DNA of 27,698 nt, taken from assembly GCA_964618875.1 (NCBI GenBank), contig CAZUBV010000001.1, forward strand, positions 1-27,698, read 5' to 3'. This document shows positions 7,271 through 15,916 of this stretch, one piece after another. This DNA comes from an uncultured Flavobacteriaceae bacterium. Lineage in GTDB: Bacteria; Bacteroidota; Bacteroidia; Flavobacteriales; Flavobacteriaceae. The first letter of the stretch is position 1. Each line of letters starts with the position of its first letter. The position numbers and the translations under genes are program-made. The notes below the pieces were generated by a model, which saw nothing but the letters and a program-made list of their open reading frames with translations, did no database searches and was not told the origin of the DNA.

Positions 7271-7624
7271 CTATTGCACTTTTACAATTTGCTCGAAAGC
7301 AGACTGATTGTAGGCAACCACAATTTTGTACGAATCATTGAAGGCTTTAGAAAAATCAAAAGCTTTTTCAACGATTAAATCTCCAGCAACACGCTCCTTG
7401 TAAACCACATTGTTTTGGCTATCTAGTACGCGAATTTCTACCATTACCTGATCAGCATTTAAAAAGCTGATCAGCATTTTATCTCCTTTTCTTTTAAAAA
7501 CAGGATCTAGAGAAAGTACCGAAGACTCAACACCAAAGCTGGTAGAAGAAACCACAGTTGTAGGAGCAGCAAACGCACTTGCCGAAGCAAGGACAAGCGC
7601 AAGACTAAAAAATACTTTTTTCAT
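7271..7624 (-). CDS. Small secreted hypothetical protein (117 aa), beta-rich, weakly resembling a T9SS C-terminal domain
   Basis: Start reassigned to MKKVFFSLALVLASASAFA (classic signal peptide) at 7624; a -7 box at 7664-7671 lies inside the longer ORF-track version. Confidence 0.7.
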   Translation of the reverse strand: MKKVFFSLALVLASASAFAAPTTVVSSTSFGVESSVLSLDPVFKRKGDKMLISFLNADQVMVEIRVLDSQNNVVYKERVAGDLIVEKAFDFSKAFNDSYKIVVAYNQSAFEQIVKVQ

Positions 7625-7663
7625 AACTATTCGTTTTTTGATTGATGATTCTGATTGATAAGA

Positions 7664-7671
7664 CAAAAGTA
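7664..7671 (-). promoter_or_regulatory. -7 box TACTTTTG
   Basis: Exact TAnnTTTG match 39 nt upstream of ATG 7624. Confidence 0.55.
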
Positions 7672-7781
7672 CTTCCAGAGTTAAGCCTAGAGCTATACGT
7701 AGATTATCAAGTTTATGCACTATTTTAACATCAAACACAAAGAATACCTGTCATTTTATTTATTTCTAAGCAATTCAAGTG

Positions 7782-7789
7782 TAATTTTG
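7782..7789 (+). promoter_or_regulatory. -7 box TAATTTTG (araC-alkB operon)
   Basis: Exact TAnnTTTG match 22 nt upstream of ATG 7812. Confidence 0.55.
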
Positions 7790-7811
7790 AGAGGTAAAAG
7801 AATTTGATTGT

Positions 7812-8687
7812 ATGGGAACACATCCGCTGGCATTCGAGGTAATTACGCCTGTATTTGGTAATTCATTCGCACTGCAGAGCTTTGACGAGCGAAATATTAA
7901 TCATTACAAGAGTTGGCATTACCATCCTGAAATAGAATTAGTTTACATCAATGGAGGAGCAGGCAAACGTCAAATTGGTTCGCATATGTCCTACTTTTCC
8001 GATGGAGATCTTATTCTTATTGGGAAAAACCTGCCTCATTGCGGGTTTACAGACCGGTTCACAGGAAATAAAAAGGAGACCCTAGTTCAATTCAAAGAAG
8101 ATTTTTTAGGACCCAATTTTTTCGACATACCCGAAATGATTGCCATCAATGACCTTTTTGAATTATCAAAACAGGGACTTGCATTTCATGGAGTCACTAA
8201 GCAAAAGGTTGGAATGGCTATGGAAGCGATGCTCGATCTACCTGATTTTAAACGACTACTAAAGTTACTAGACATCCTGCACGATCTAAGCACTTCAAAT
8301 GAGTACACGGTATTAAACGCAGAAGGGTTCAGTATTTCTACCGAAGTAAGCGATAATGATCGAATAAACAAGATATTTAATTACATCAAAAACCATTATC
8401 AAGAAACAATTTCACTAGAGGAAATTTCGAATTTAGCCGGAATGACCGAACCCTCGTTTTGTCGTTATTTCAAAAAAACTACCAGTAAGACCTTCACTCA
8501 ATTTGTCAACGAATACCGGCTAGTACATGCCTCAAAATTATTAGCCGAAAACAACTTACCTATTACCGAAATTGCGTTTGAATGTGGATTTCAAAACTTC
8601 TCACATTTTAGTAGATCTTTTAAAAAATTCACTGGCGTGGCGCCACTTCGTTACCGGCATCAGATGAAAAATATAATTGAGGCATGA
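7812..8687 (+). CDS. AraC-family transcriptional regulator (cupin sensor plus HTH)
   Basis: WHYHPEIEL cupin motif; C-terminal double HTH ISLEEISNLAGMTEPSFCRYFKK ... ITEIAFECGFQNFSHFSRSFKK. Confidence 0.92.
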   Translation: MGTHPLAFEVITPVFGNSFALQSFDERNINHYKSWHYHPEIELVYINGGAGKRQIGSHMSYFSDGDLILIGKNLPHCGFTDRFTGNKKETLVQFKEDFLGPNFFDIPEMIAINDLFELSKQGLAFHGVTKQKVGMAMEAMLDLPDFKRLLKLLDILHDLSTSNEYTVLNAEGFSISTEVSDNDRINKIFNYIKNHYQETISLEEISNLAGMTEPSFCRYFKKTTSKTFTQFVNEYRLVHASKLLAENNLPITEIAFECGFQNFSHFSRSFKKFTGVAPLRYRHQMKNIIEA

Positions 8688-9271
8688 CAGATCTGAGTAT
8701 TGGAACGGCATCACTAAGCTACTATTCGAACTTTTTAAACAAAGAAGAATCAGATTTCTTATTCACAAGCTTACAAACTAGCGCGCATTGGAGACAAGAT
8801 AAGGTCAAGGTTTTCGGAAAGATCTACGATCAACCGCGGCTTTGCTTCTTGGTTTCAGAAGGCTCAAAAGGGTACTCCTACTCGGGTTTAACCTTACCTC
8901 CTATCCCATTCGATTCTCAGTTATTCGAATTAAAGCGGAAAGTAGAACAGGTATCAGGACAAGCTTTTAACAGTTGCCTAGTTAATCTTTACCGAGATGG
9001 AAATGACAGCAATGGATGGCATTCAGACGACGAAAAGGAACTCGGGCCTAACCCCATTATAGCATCGATTAGCCTCGGAATCCAAAGAAATTTTGATCTA
9101 AAGCACAAGAATAACCCAGAGCAAAAGCGAAGAATAGCTCTCGAACATGGCAGCTTATTAATCATGAGTGGAAGAACACAATCCGACTTCAAACACCAAC
9201 TACCAAAGTCAAAACGAATTACAGCGGCTCGTATCAATCTTACATTTCGTTATATCTTTGATTCGCTATGA
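8684..9271 (+). CDS. alkB: Alpha-ketoglutarate/Fe(II) dioxygenase, AlkB family (ALKBH2/3-like)
   Basis: NSCLVNLYRDGNDSNGWHSDDE (HxD), distal His in FKHQLPK, RINLTFR; 4-nt overlap with araC. Confidence 0.9.
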   Translation: MTDLSIGTASLSYYSNFLNKEESDFLFTSLQTSAHWRQDKVKVFGKIYDQPRLCFLVSEGSKGYSYSGLTLPPIPFDSQLFELKRKVEQVSGQAFNSCLVNLYRDGNDSNGWHSDDEKELGPNPIIASISLGIQRNFDLKHKNNPEQKRRIALEHGSLLIMSGRTQSDFKHQLPKSKRITAARINLTFRYIFDSL

Positions 9272-9549
9272 AAAACGAACTGACCCCACTTCAAATAGAC
9301 CGAATTATAGAAATGGCTTGGGAAGATAGAACTCCATTCGAAGCTATCACCTATCAATTTGGCCTAAGCGAGCAAGAAACTATTCAGCTAATGAGAAGCG
9401 AAATGAAACCATCGAGTTTCAGAATGTGGCGCGCAAGAGTTCAGGGCCGAGCAACGAAGCATCTTAAATTACGAGAACAAGTAAAGGGTAGATTTAAATG
9501 TTCCCGCCAACGTCAGATTACCGGAAATAAAATATCCAAACGCCGCTAG
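9268..9549 (+). CDS. TIGR03643/DUF2805-family small basic protein
   Basis: DRIIEMAWEDRTPFEAI..QFGL.E..I.LMR.EMK.SSF..WR.RV.GR.TKH signature; 4-nt overlap with alkB. Confidence 0.8.
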   Translation: MKNELTPLQIDRIIEMAWEDRTPFEAITYQFGLSEQETIQLMRSEMKPSSFRMWRARVQGRATKHLKLREQVKGRFKCSRQRQITGNKISKRR

Positions 9550-9555
9550 CTGCAA

Positions 9556-10389
9556 TTAGTCGAAAATTTGATTCAATAAAGTCGCCAAACGATATCCACC
9601 CTTTTTAAGCTGCTCAAAAACAACCGGATTATAGTCATAGCTATAACGGTATGCCAATCGCTCATCGGGCTTAACTGAGCTGTAGAGTTCTGCTACGATC
9701 TGGTGTGAATCCTCAATCCAATCGAGATAGGTTCCTTTAGCATACATTTCGATCTGCTTGGCACTAGATTGCGAGAGTAATTCATCACCGAGTTCACGAT
9801 AAGACATGCTGTAGGAATCTATCAGATTAGAATCCCAAAGCCGATGGAGGTTGCTTTTAGAAGAAAACCAACTAATTTTTATATCGTTACCTCCACGATC
9901 TTCTTCGCGTCCAATGTGGAAAGGCTGATGCAGATCACCTATTAAGTGCACCAATAATTTCAAATGAAATTGCAGGTCAGACCTAGATGCCTTCGGATCT
10001 GAAAGCACGGCTATACACTGCTCAATTCCATAAGCAAGGTCTCCCTGATCCGTTCGGTTAGCAGGATCGTATGTCGCATCTAGAGGAATATTTATATAGT
10101 GCCAAGGCCCATATTTGCGAAAGGCATCATCCGACTTTATTTCATCGGCGAAGGTCGATACAAAAGCTAGACTTTCTCCGTCTAAAATTTGATTGATTCT
10201 TCGCCGTGCTTTTCGAGATAACTTGCTTTCGGCAAGATACCCTACTACCCTATGTCCTGTTTGCCCCCAAACCGTAGTAGTGGCCGAGTATATCGGTTTG
10301 GCAGTCTCAATAGCTTCTGGAAGTGATCTTCCCCATAGGGTAGTTGAGCAAAACAGTACAATCAATAGCGGTAGTTGAAGTCGAATCAT
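9556..10389 (-). CDS. S1/P1 nuclease, probably secreted
   Basis: Hydrophobic N-terminus, then WGQTGH, ADEIKS, WHYIN, HLIGDLHQPFH and NLHRLWDS zinc-binding motifs. Confidence 0.93.
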   Translation of the reverse strand: MIRLQLPLLIVLFCSTTLWGRSLPEAIETAKPIYSATTTVWGQTGHRVVGYLAESKLSRKARRRINQILDGESLAFVSTFADEIKSDDAFRKYGPWHYINIPLDATYDPANRTDQGDLAYGIEQCIAVLSDPKASRSDLQFHLKLLVHLIGDLHQPFHIGREEDRGGNDIKISWFSSKSNLHRLWDSNLIDSYSMSYRELGDELLSQSSAKQIEMYAKGTYLDWIEDSHQIVAELYSSVKPDERLAYRYSYDYNPVVFEQLKKGGYRLATLLNQIFD

Positions 10390-10406
10390 CTTCTTGAAAT
10401 TTTAGA

Positions 10407-10414
10407 CAAATATA
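10407..10414 (-). promoter_or_regulatory. -7 box TATATTTG (nuclease promoter)
   Basis: Exact TAnnTTTG match 17 nt upstream of ATG 10389. Confidence 0.55.
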
Positions 10415-10473
10415 TATTTTAACACTGAGGCCCGATAGAATCTGTTAATTTTAAGACTTTTAGTTTCTACCTA

Positions 10474-12672
10474 ATGAGGCATATTATTCAGTGTATACTT
10501 GTTTTCTGCATAGGACCTATCCTGTACTGCCAATCGGATAGCTCCAAGGAAATCGAAGTAAAATATAGGGAAGGCTCCATAAAAGTTGACGGAAAGCTCG
10601 ATGATACGTTATGGGAAGATCTTCCGATTAGTACTGATTTCTTCCAGTATTTCCCAACCGATAGTCTACAAGCTACTAAGGACACTGAAATTCGTATGTT
10701 TTACAATAATGACTTCCTTTATGTGGGAATCAAAATGCATACGGTAAACGACCAATTCATTGTAAACTCCCTTCAGCGCGACTTTCGCGCAGGGGGAAAC
10801 GATAACATCTCCATCATTTTTGACACCTTCAATGACGGCCAAAATGCCTTTTTGTTTGGACTAAACCCGTTTGGTGTACAACGCGAAGCACTCATTACAA
10901 ATGGCGGATCAGATTTTCGGTTTTTTACCACTTCCTGGGATGTGAAATGGCGAGGAGAAACTTTCGTAGGGCCAGGATATTACAGTACCGAGTTTGTCAT
11001 TCCTATGAACTCATTTAAATTTAGCTCCGGAGTTAAAAAGTGGCGGTTTAATGCCTATCGCTTTGATATGCAAACTAATGAGAATACCACATGGATGCGC
11101 ATTCCGCAAAACCAAATCATAGCCAATCTGGCATTCATGGGAGATATGGTGTTTGAAGAACCACTAGAAAACTCCAGTACTTCAATCGCACTAATCCCAT
11201 TTATAGCAGCAACCTCTGCCAAAAATTTTGAAGAATTACAACCCAGAGAAAGCCAATCTAGTTTTGGAGGTGACTTTAAAATTCCTGTCGGAAAGGGTAT
11301 GAATCTCGATCTGACTTTCAATCCTGATTTTTCTCAAGTTGAAGTTGATAATTTTGTCACCAATCTCACGCGCTTTGAAATTTCGTTACCAGAGCGGAGG
11401 CAATTTTTTATTGACAATAATGACTTATTCGGAGGTTTTGGAGGCGGCAGAGATGCCAATCCATTTTTTTCAAGGCGGATTGGAATAGCAAAAGATCGAG
11501 AAGATAACACCATTGAAAACGGAATTATTGCCGGTATGCGTCTTACAGGAAAGCTCAACGACAACATCCGATTGGGGGTATTATCCATTCAAACCGAAAG
11601 TGATCTATCAAATGGTATACCATCGAACAACAATTCAATGTTTGCCATGCAGCACAAGGTTTTCAGTCGTTCCAATATCGCTGCATTTTTTATTAATCGA
11701 CAAAGCAATTCCGTAGAGGACACTGAAAGTTTAGCCTACAATCGGGTAATGGGTATTGATTATAACTTAGCTTCTGCAGACAACACTTATGTAGGCAAAT
11801 TCTACACCCATAAATCAATATCGCCAGACGACAGTGATGGAAACCTCTCGATGGGTGCTAATCTTCAGTATAATACCCGGATATGGAATGGATTTATTGA
11901 CCTTTCCTATATCGATAGGGAGTTCGTGTCCGATCTAGGTTTCATCCCAAGAACCGATATTTTTAAATGGGCCGGCAGAATTGGCTATCGTATTTGGCCC
12001 AAAAAAGGAATTTTTAACAGCCACAGTTTTGACACCTTCCAAAACTACACCCACGTGGTAAGCTTAGACTATAAACAAACGGACTACCTCAGAAATTTTG
12101 GGTACGAAGGACGGCTAATCAATCAAGGTCAAATTGAATTTTCATTCAACAATCGCTATACGTATTTAACCGACGAATTCAATCCAACCGGAGAAGATGA
12201 TGCAACGGCGTTACCTGCCAATAGCGAATATTCGTATTCAAGTATACGGGCGCAATTTCAGTCCGATCGCAGAAAAATATTCTCTTACAACCTACAAACC
12301 GATATTGGACAATTTTTTAATGGAAGTCGCAAATCGATCGAAGCACGGATGAACCTTAGAATTCAACCTAAGCTAAACATCGGGTTAAATTCGAATATGG
12401 ACCGAATCGATTTACCTGAAGATTATGGTGCGGCAACCATTGTCCTAGTAAGCCCAAGAATCGATTACACCTTTAATCGAAGTCTATTTTGGTCGACGCT
12501 CCTACAATATAGTAACCAGCGCGACAACTTCGGGATCAACTCGCGTCTCCAATGGCGTTTTGCTCCGCTTTCTGACTTATTCCTTGTATACAATGACAAT
12601 TACTTCTCAAGTAATTGGGAACCTAGAAATCGCTCTATAAATCTTAAAGTAACTTACTGGTTAAATATTTAA
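10474..12672 (+). CDS. DUF5916-type outer-membrane protein (CBM9-like N-terminal domain plus probable beta-barrel)
   Basis: Signal peptide; IKVDGKLDD..W, FDTFNDGQNAFLFGLNPFGVQRE, LDLTFNPDFSQVEVD, LPERRQFF and PFFSRRIG motifs; amphipathic beta C-terminus KVTYWLNI. Confidence 0.75.
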   Translation: MRHIIQCILVFCIGPILYCQSDSSKEIEVKYREGSIKVDGKLDDTLWEDLPISTDFFQYFPTDSLQATKDTEIRMFYNNDFLYVGIKMHTVNDQFIVNSLQRDFRAGGNDNISIIFDTFNDGQNAFLFGLNPFGVQREALITNGGSDFRFFTTSWDVKWRGETFVGPGYYSTEFVIPMNSFKFSSGVKKWRFNAYRFDMQTNENTTWMRIPQNQIIANLAFMGDMVFEEPLENSSTSIALIPFIAATSAKNFEELQPRESQSSFGGDFKIPVGKGMNLDLTFNPDFSQVEVDNFVTNLTRFEISLPERRQFFIDNNDLFGGFGGGRDANPFFSRRIGIAKDREDNTIENGIIAGMRLTGKLNDNIRLGVLSIQTESDLSNGIPSNNNSMFAMQHKVFSRSNIAAFFINRQSNSVEDTESLAYNRVMGIDYNLASADNTYVGKFYTHKSISPDDSDGNLSMGANLQYNTRIWNGFIDLSYIDREFVSDLGFIPRTDIFKWAGRIGYRIWPKKGIFNSHSFDTFQNYTHVVSLDYKQTDYLRNFGYEGRLINQGQIEFSFNNRYTYLTDEFNPTGEDDATALPANSEYSYSSIRAQFQSDRRKIFSYNLQTDIGQFFNGSRKSIEARMNLRIQPKLNIGLNSNMDRIDLPEDYGAATIVLVSPRIDYTFNRSLFWSTLLQYSNQRDNFGINSRLQWRFAPLSDLFLVYNDNYFSSNWEPRNRSINLKVTYWLNI

Positions 12673-13913
12673 TGCAGTCAGACACGATCATCTTTGGAAT
12701 CTTAGCGCTCACTCTTGGGCTCGTTTTCTATACCCAAACGCTTCCGCGCTTCAAAACCTTCTATCAAATTGTACCTGGGGTACTTCTTTGCTACTTACTA
12801 CCCGCCGTTTTTGTATTTTTTGAATGGATAGACCCTTCTAAGTCAAGCATTTACTTTGTCGCCTCGAGATATTTATTGCCCGCTGCCTTAGTTCTTATGA
12901 CCCTGGGTATCGACCTTAAGGCTGTCCTAAAATTAGGACCTAAAGCCCTAATCCTCTTTTCAGTGGGTACAGGTAGTATTATTTTAGGTGGCCCTATCGC
13001 TCTATTAATTACTGGGAGTATTTGGCCAGGGCTTCTTGAATTACAAGGACAAGATGCGATTTGGCGAGGTTTAGCCACAATTGCAGGGAGTTGGATCGGA
13101 GGTGGTGCCAATCAAGCAGCAATGCTTGAAGTGTTTCAATACAACAAGAATCTTTATGGTGCTATGGTGCTTGTCGATGTGATCATAGCCAATACTTGGT
13201 TAGCCGTTTTGTTAGTGCTCGTAGGAAAAAAAGACCGTATTGATCAGTGGCTAAAAGCCGATACTAGCGCCATTCAATCGCTTGTATTGAAAATGGAAGG
13301 CTATGAGAAAAAAGTGAAGCGTATTGCGACCACTCCTGACCTAATGATTTTACTAGGTATATCCTTTGGGGCCGTTTCACTCTCACATTTCGCAGGTGAA
13401 CAAATCAGTAATTCGCTACCACAACTATTTCCAGTTCTTACGCAGCCGTCGCATATCCTTTATTCCATCACATCACCTTTTCTATGGATGGTTTTAATTG
13501 CTACGCTAATTGGGTTATTTCTATCACAGACTCGGATGCGGTCTTTAGAAGGAATTGGAGCAAGTAAATTCGGAAGTGTTTTTATCTACCTACTAGTGGC
13601 AAGTATTGGAATGCAAATCGATCTTAAAGCCATAGGTGAACAACCTCAGTTATTGGTGCTTGGTGCAATTTGGATAGGAATTCACGCACTAGTACTCTTC
13701 CTAGTAGCCAAGTGGATTAGAGCCCCCTATTTCTTTGTTGCAGTGGGCAGTCAAGCAAATGTAGGTGGAGCTGCTTCGGCACCCGTTATCGCTGCTAGCT
13801 TTCACCCTAGCCTTAGCTCAGTTGGTATTTTGCTTGCCATTTGCGGATATATTGCAGGAACTATAGGTGCATATCTTTGTGCCTTATTATTACAAGCCGC
13901 CTATACCCTTTAA
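12672..13913 (+). CDS. DUF819-family polytopic inner-membrane protein (putative transporter)
   Basis: About 11-12 hydrophobic segments; GSWIGGGANQAAM and VGSQANVGGAASAPVIA motifs; TAATG overlap with the upstream gene. Confidence 0.75.
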   Translation: MQSDTIIFGILALTLGLVFYTQTLPRFKTFYQIVPGVLLCYLLPAVFVFFEWIDPSKSSIYFVASRYLLPAALVLMTLGIDLKAVLKLGPKALILFSVGTGSIILGGPIALLITGSIWPGLLELQGQDAIWRGLATIAGSWIGGGANQAAMLEVFQYNKNLYGAMVLVDVIIANTWLAVLLVLVGKKDRIDQWLKADTSAIQSLVLKMEGYEKKVKRIATTPDLMILLGISFGAVSLSHFAGEQISNSLPQLFPVLTQPSHILYSITSPFLWMVLIATLIGLFLSQTRMRSLEGIGASKFGSVFIYLLVASIGMQIDLKAIGEQPQLLVLGAIWIGIHALVLFLVAKWIRAPYFFVAVGSQANVGGAASAPVIAASFHPSLSSVGILLAICGYIAGTIGAYLCALLLQAAYTL

Positions 13914-13959
13914 GGAATCAATTCAATTAACGATATTTACCACTTATTTCACTAGCTAT

Positions 13960-14646
13960 ATGAAGCAAATCCTGTTCAGTTTATTCGGTCTAATAGCCTT
14001 ATCGGCTTGTGCTCCCGACTCAAAAAATACAACAATAACTATCGAAGTTAAAGGACTAAAGAAAGGAAATTTATACCTTCAAAAATTAACAGAAAGCGGT
14101 TTATTAAACCTAGATTCTGTGCAAGCTAATGGGACATCGACCTACTCTTTAGGTCACAATTTGTCACAGCCCGAATTACTTTACGCCTATTTAGATAAAA
14201 ATGATGGATCTGAATTTAATGATCGTATACCCTTCTTTGCAGAACCAGGCAATATTCATATCGAAACCGAGTTAAACGCTTTTGAAAATAAAGCAGTTAT
14301 CACTGCGGGAAGTGAACAGAAGGAATTCGAGAAAGTTCAACAAATGCTAAGCAAATTCGCCACAAAAGATTTTGAACTACTACAGCTATCGCAATCAGAG
14401 AAAGCAAAAAACCAGAAGTTTGTTGATTCACTTATTGAGGCGAGCAATACTAATAATCTGAGACGTTACCAGTTTATCGTAAACTATGCACTCACACACC
14501 CTGAAAACTATGTTGCGGCTTACTTAATCGCTGAAGAAGGCGACGAGTTAACTCCTAAGTGGCGTGATTCTATCTTCAATAGCTTTAGTGAAGACATCAA
14601 AAACTCAAGTTTTGGACAAAAAATTAACAGCCAATTAAGTCAATAA
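13960..14646 (+). CDS. DUF4369-domain lipoprotein
   Basis: Start reassigned to MKQILFSLFGLIALSAC (lipobox); VKGLKKGNLYLQK, LSQPELLYAYLDK, FFAEPG and YVAAYL features; no thioredoxin CxxC domain. Confidence 0.7.
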   Translation: MKQILFSLFGLIALSACAPDSKNTTITIEVKGLKKGNLYLQKLTESGLLNLDSVQANGTSTYSLGHNLSQPELLYAYLDKNDGSEFNDRIPFFAEPGNIHIETELNAFENKAVITAGSEQKEFEKVQQMLSKFATKDFELLQLSQSEKAKNQKFVDSLIEASNTNNLRRYQFIVNYALTHPENYVAAYLIAEEGDELTPKWRDSIFNSFSEDIKNSSFGQKINSQLSQ

Positions 14647-14661
14647 TTGGCTGTTCACAAC

Positions 14662-14931
14662 TTATAGTTGATTGATCTGATCAGCGATCTCATTCGCCTT
14701 TTTTTCAAGATAATCTCGAACCTTATTGTAATAATCCTTTTTCAAGGATGCTTCTTCTTTATCGTTTACAAGATCAATAAGTTCATCGTAAACCTCAATA
14801 CATTGGTCGATAATCTGATTTCCAGCTTCAGAATTGAGATTCTTCGTCTCTGACTCCCACTGATATACTGCTTCGATGAGTTCGCCTAAAACGTAGTTGA
14901 TCTCTTTCTTTAAAGCTTTAATACTTGCCAT
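14662..14931 (-). CDS. Small helical hypothetical protein (89 aa), Bacteroidota-type
   Basis: MASIKALKKEINYVLGELIE N-terminus resembles a conserved Bacteroidota hypothetical; clean ORF filling the gap between genes. Confidence 0.7.
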   Translation of the reverse strand: MASIKALKKEINYVLGELIEAVYQWESETKNLNSEAGNQIIDQCIEVYDELIDLVNDKEEASLKKDYYNKVRDYLEKKANEIADQINQL

Positions 14932-14983
14932 TCTAATCTTATATTTTGTTTAAGGTAAGGAAAAAGTTAAACAAAAAAATTTA

Positions 14984-15391
14984 TTACCCTTTAAAGGTTA
15001 CAAAATTTCGTGGTGTCTCGTATAACACTACCTCAATATCGTTTTCGGCTGAAATGTGCGGACGTAATTTTTGATAGATAACCACGGCAATATTCTCGGC
15101 AGTTGGGATTAGATCCTGAAAGTCCGGCACCTCAATGTTTAGATTCTTATGATCAAAAGCCTCCTCTACTTCTGCCTTAATCAAATCTTTCAATACCTTC
15201 ATATCCATAACATATCCGGTATCTGGATCGATTTCACCGGTTACACTTACAATAAGCTCGTAGTTGTGTCCATGAAAATTTGGATTATTACAAAGCCCAA
15301 AAACTTCTTGATTCTGCTCATCTGTCCAATCCTTTCGATATAGCCGATGTGCGGCATTAAAATGCGCTTGTCTACTTACTTTTACTCTCAT
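14984..15391 (-). CDS. 6-pyruvoyl-tetrahydropterin synthase (COG0720), PTPS-II-type motif
   Basis: FNAAHRL, CNNPNFHGHNY (C-X5-HGH), DHKNLN, PTAENIA and LYETPRN motifs. Confidence 0.9.
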   Translation of the reverse strand: MRVKVSRQAHFNAAHRLYRKDWTDEQNQEVFGLCNNPNFHGHNYELIVSVTGEIDPDTGYVMDMKVLKDLIKAEVEEAFDHKNLNIEVPDFQDLIPTAENIAVVIYQKLRPHISAENDIEVVLYETPRNFVTFKG

Positions 15392-15912
15392 TTCTCTGCC
15401 TTTAGTTGTTCTAAAAATTCATTAAATATGATCTTAAACCAAGAGGTGTACTGATCAGGATATTGACTCATATGATCGGAAAGCTCATCAAGAGTAATCC
15501 ACTTCCATTCACTCACTTCTTCAGGATTGATTTCGGGCTGTCCATCATAATATCCAATAAGCACATGATCAAGCTCATGTTCAGTAAGTCCGTTGTCAAA
15601 AGGAGCCTGATAAATAAAATGAAATTTCTCCTCTAAATTGGTAGAGAATCCCATCTCTTCTTGAAGTCTGCGTGTTCCAGCTTGAATACTAGATTCACCA
15701 AGACGTTGATGGCTGCAACACGTGTTAGTCCACAAAAGCGGTGAATGATACTTATGGGCTGCTCGACGCTGAAGCATCAAGTCTCCATCTTTGTTGAAAA
15801 TAAAAACCGAAAAGGCACGGTGTAATAATGCCTTCTTATGGGCTTCAATTTTCTCCATAGTACCGAGCTCATTATCTTGAGAATCTACTAGGATAACGTA
15901 TTCCTTTTCCAT
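15388..15912 (-). CDS. idi: Isopentenyl-diphosphate delta-isomerase, type I
   Basis: LHRAFSVFIFN, WTNTCCSH, RRLQEEMG and EHELDHV motifs. Confidence 0.95.
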   Translation of the reverse strand: MEKEYVILVDSQDNELGTMEKIEAHKKALLHRAFSVFIFNKDGDLMLQRRAAHKYHSPLLWTNTCCSHQRLGESSIQAGTRRLQEEMGFSTNLEEKFHFIYQAPFDNGLTEHELDHVLIGYYDGQPEINPEEVSEWKWITLDELSDHMSQYPDQYTSWFKIIFNEFLEQLKAEK

Positions 15913-15916
15913 GTTT

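Noticed and set aside
7625-7738. N-terminal extension of the secreted protein in the ORF track
   Set aside because: A signal peptide starts at 7624, and a -7 promoter box lies inside the extension.
7812-8687. AraC as an Ada methyltransferase/regulator
   Set aside because: No N-Ada Cys4 zinc motif and no PCHR methyl-acceptor motif; the N-terminus is a cupin.
10408-10419. Palindrome AAATATATATTT in the nuclease/DUF5916 intergenic region
   Set aside because: Pure AT low complexity, largely explained by the TATATTTG -7 box.
13867-13959. N-terminal extension of the DUF4369 ORF overlapping DUF819
   Set aside because: The lipoprotein signal starts at 13960; the extension is not protein-like.
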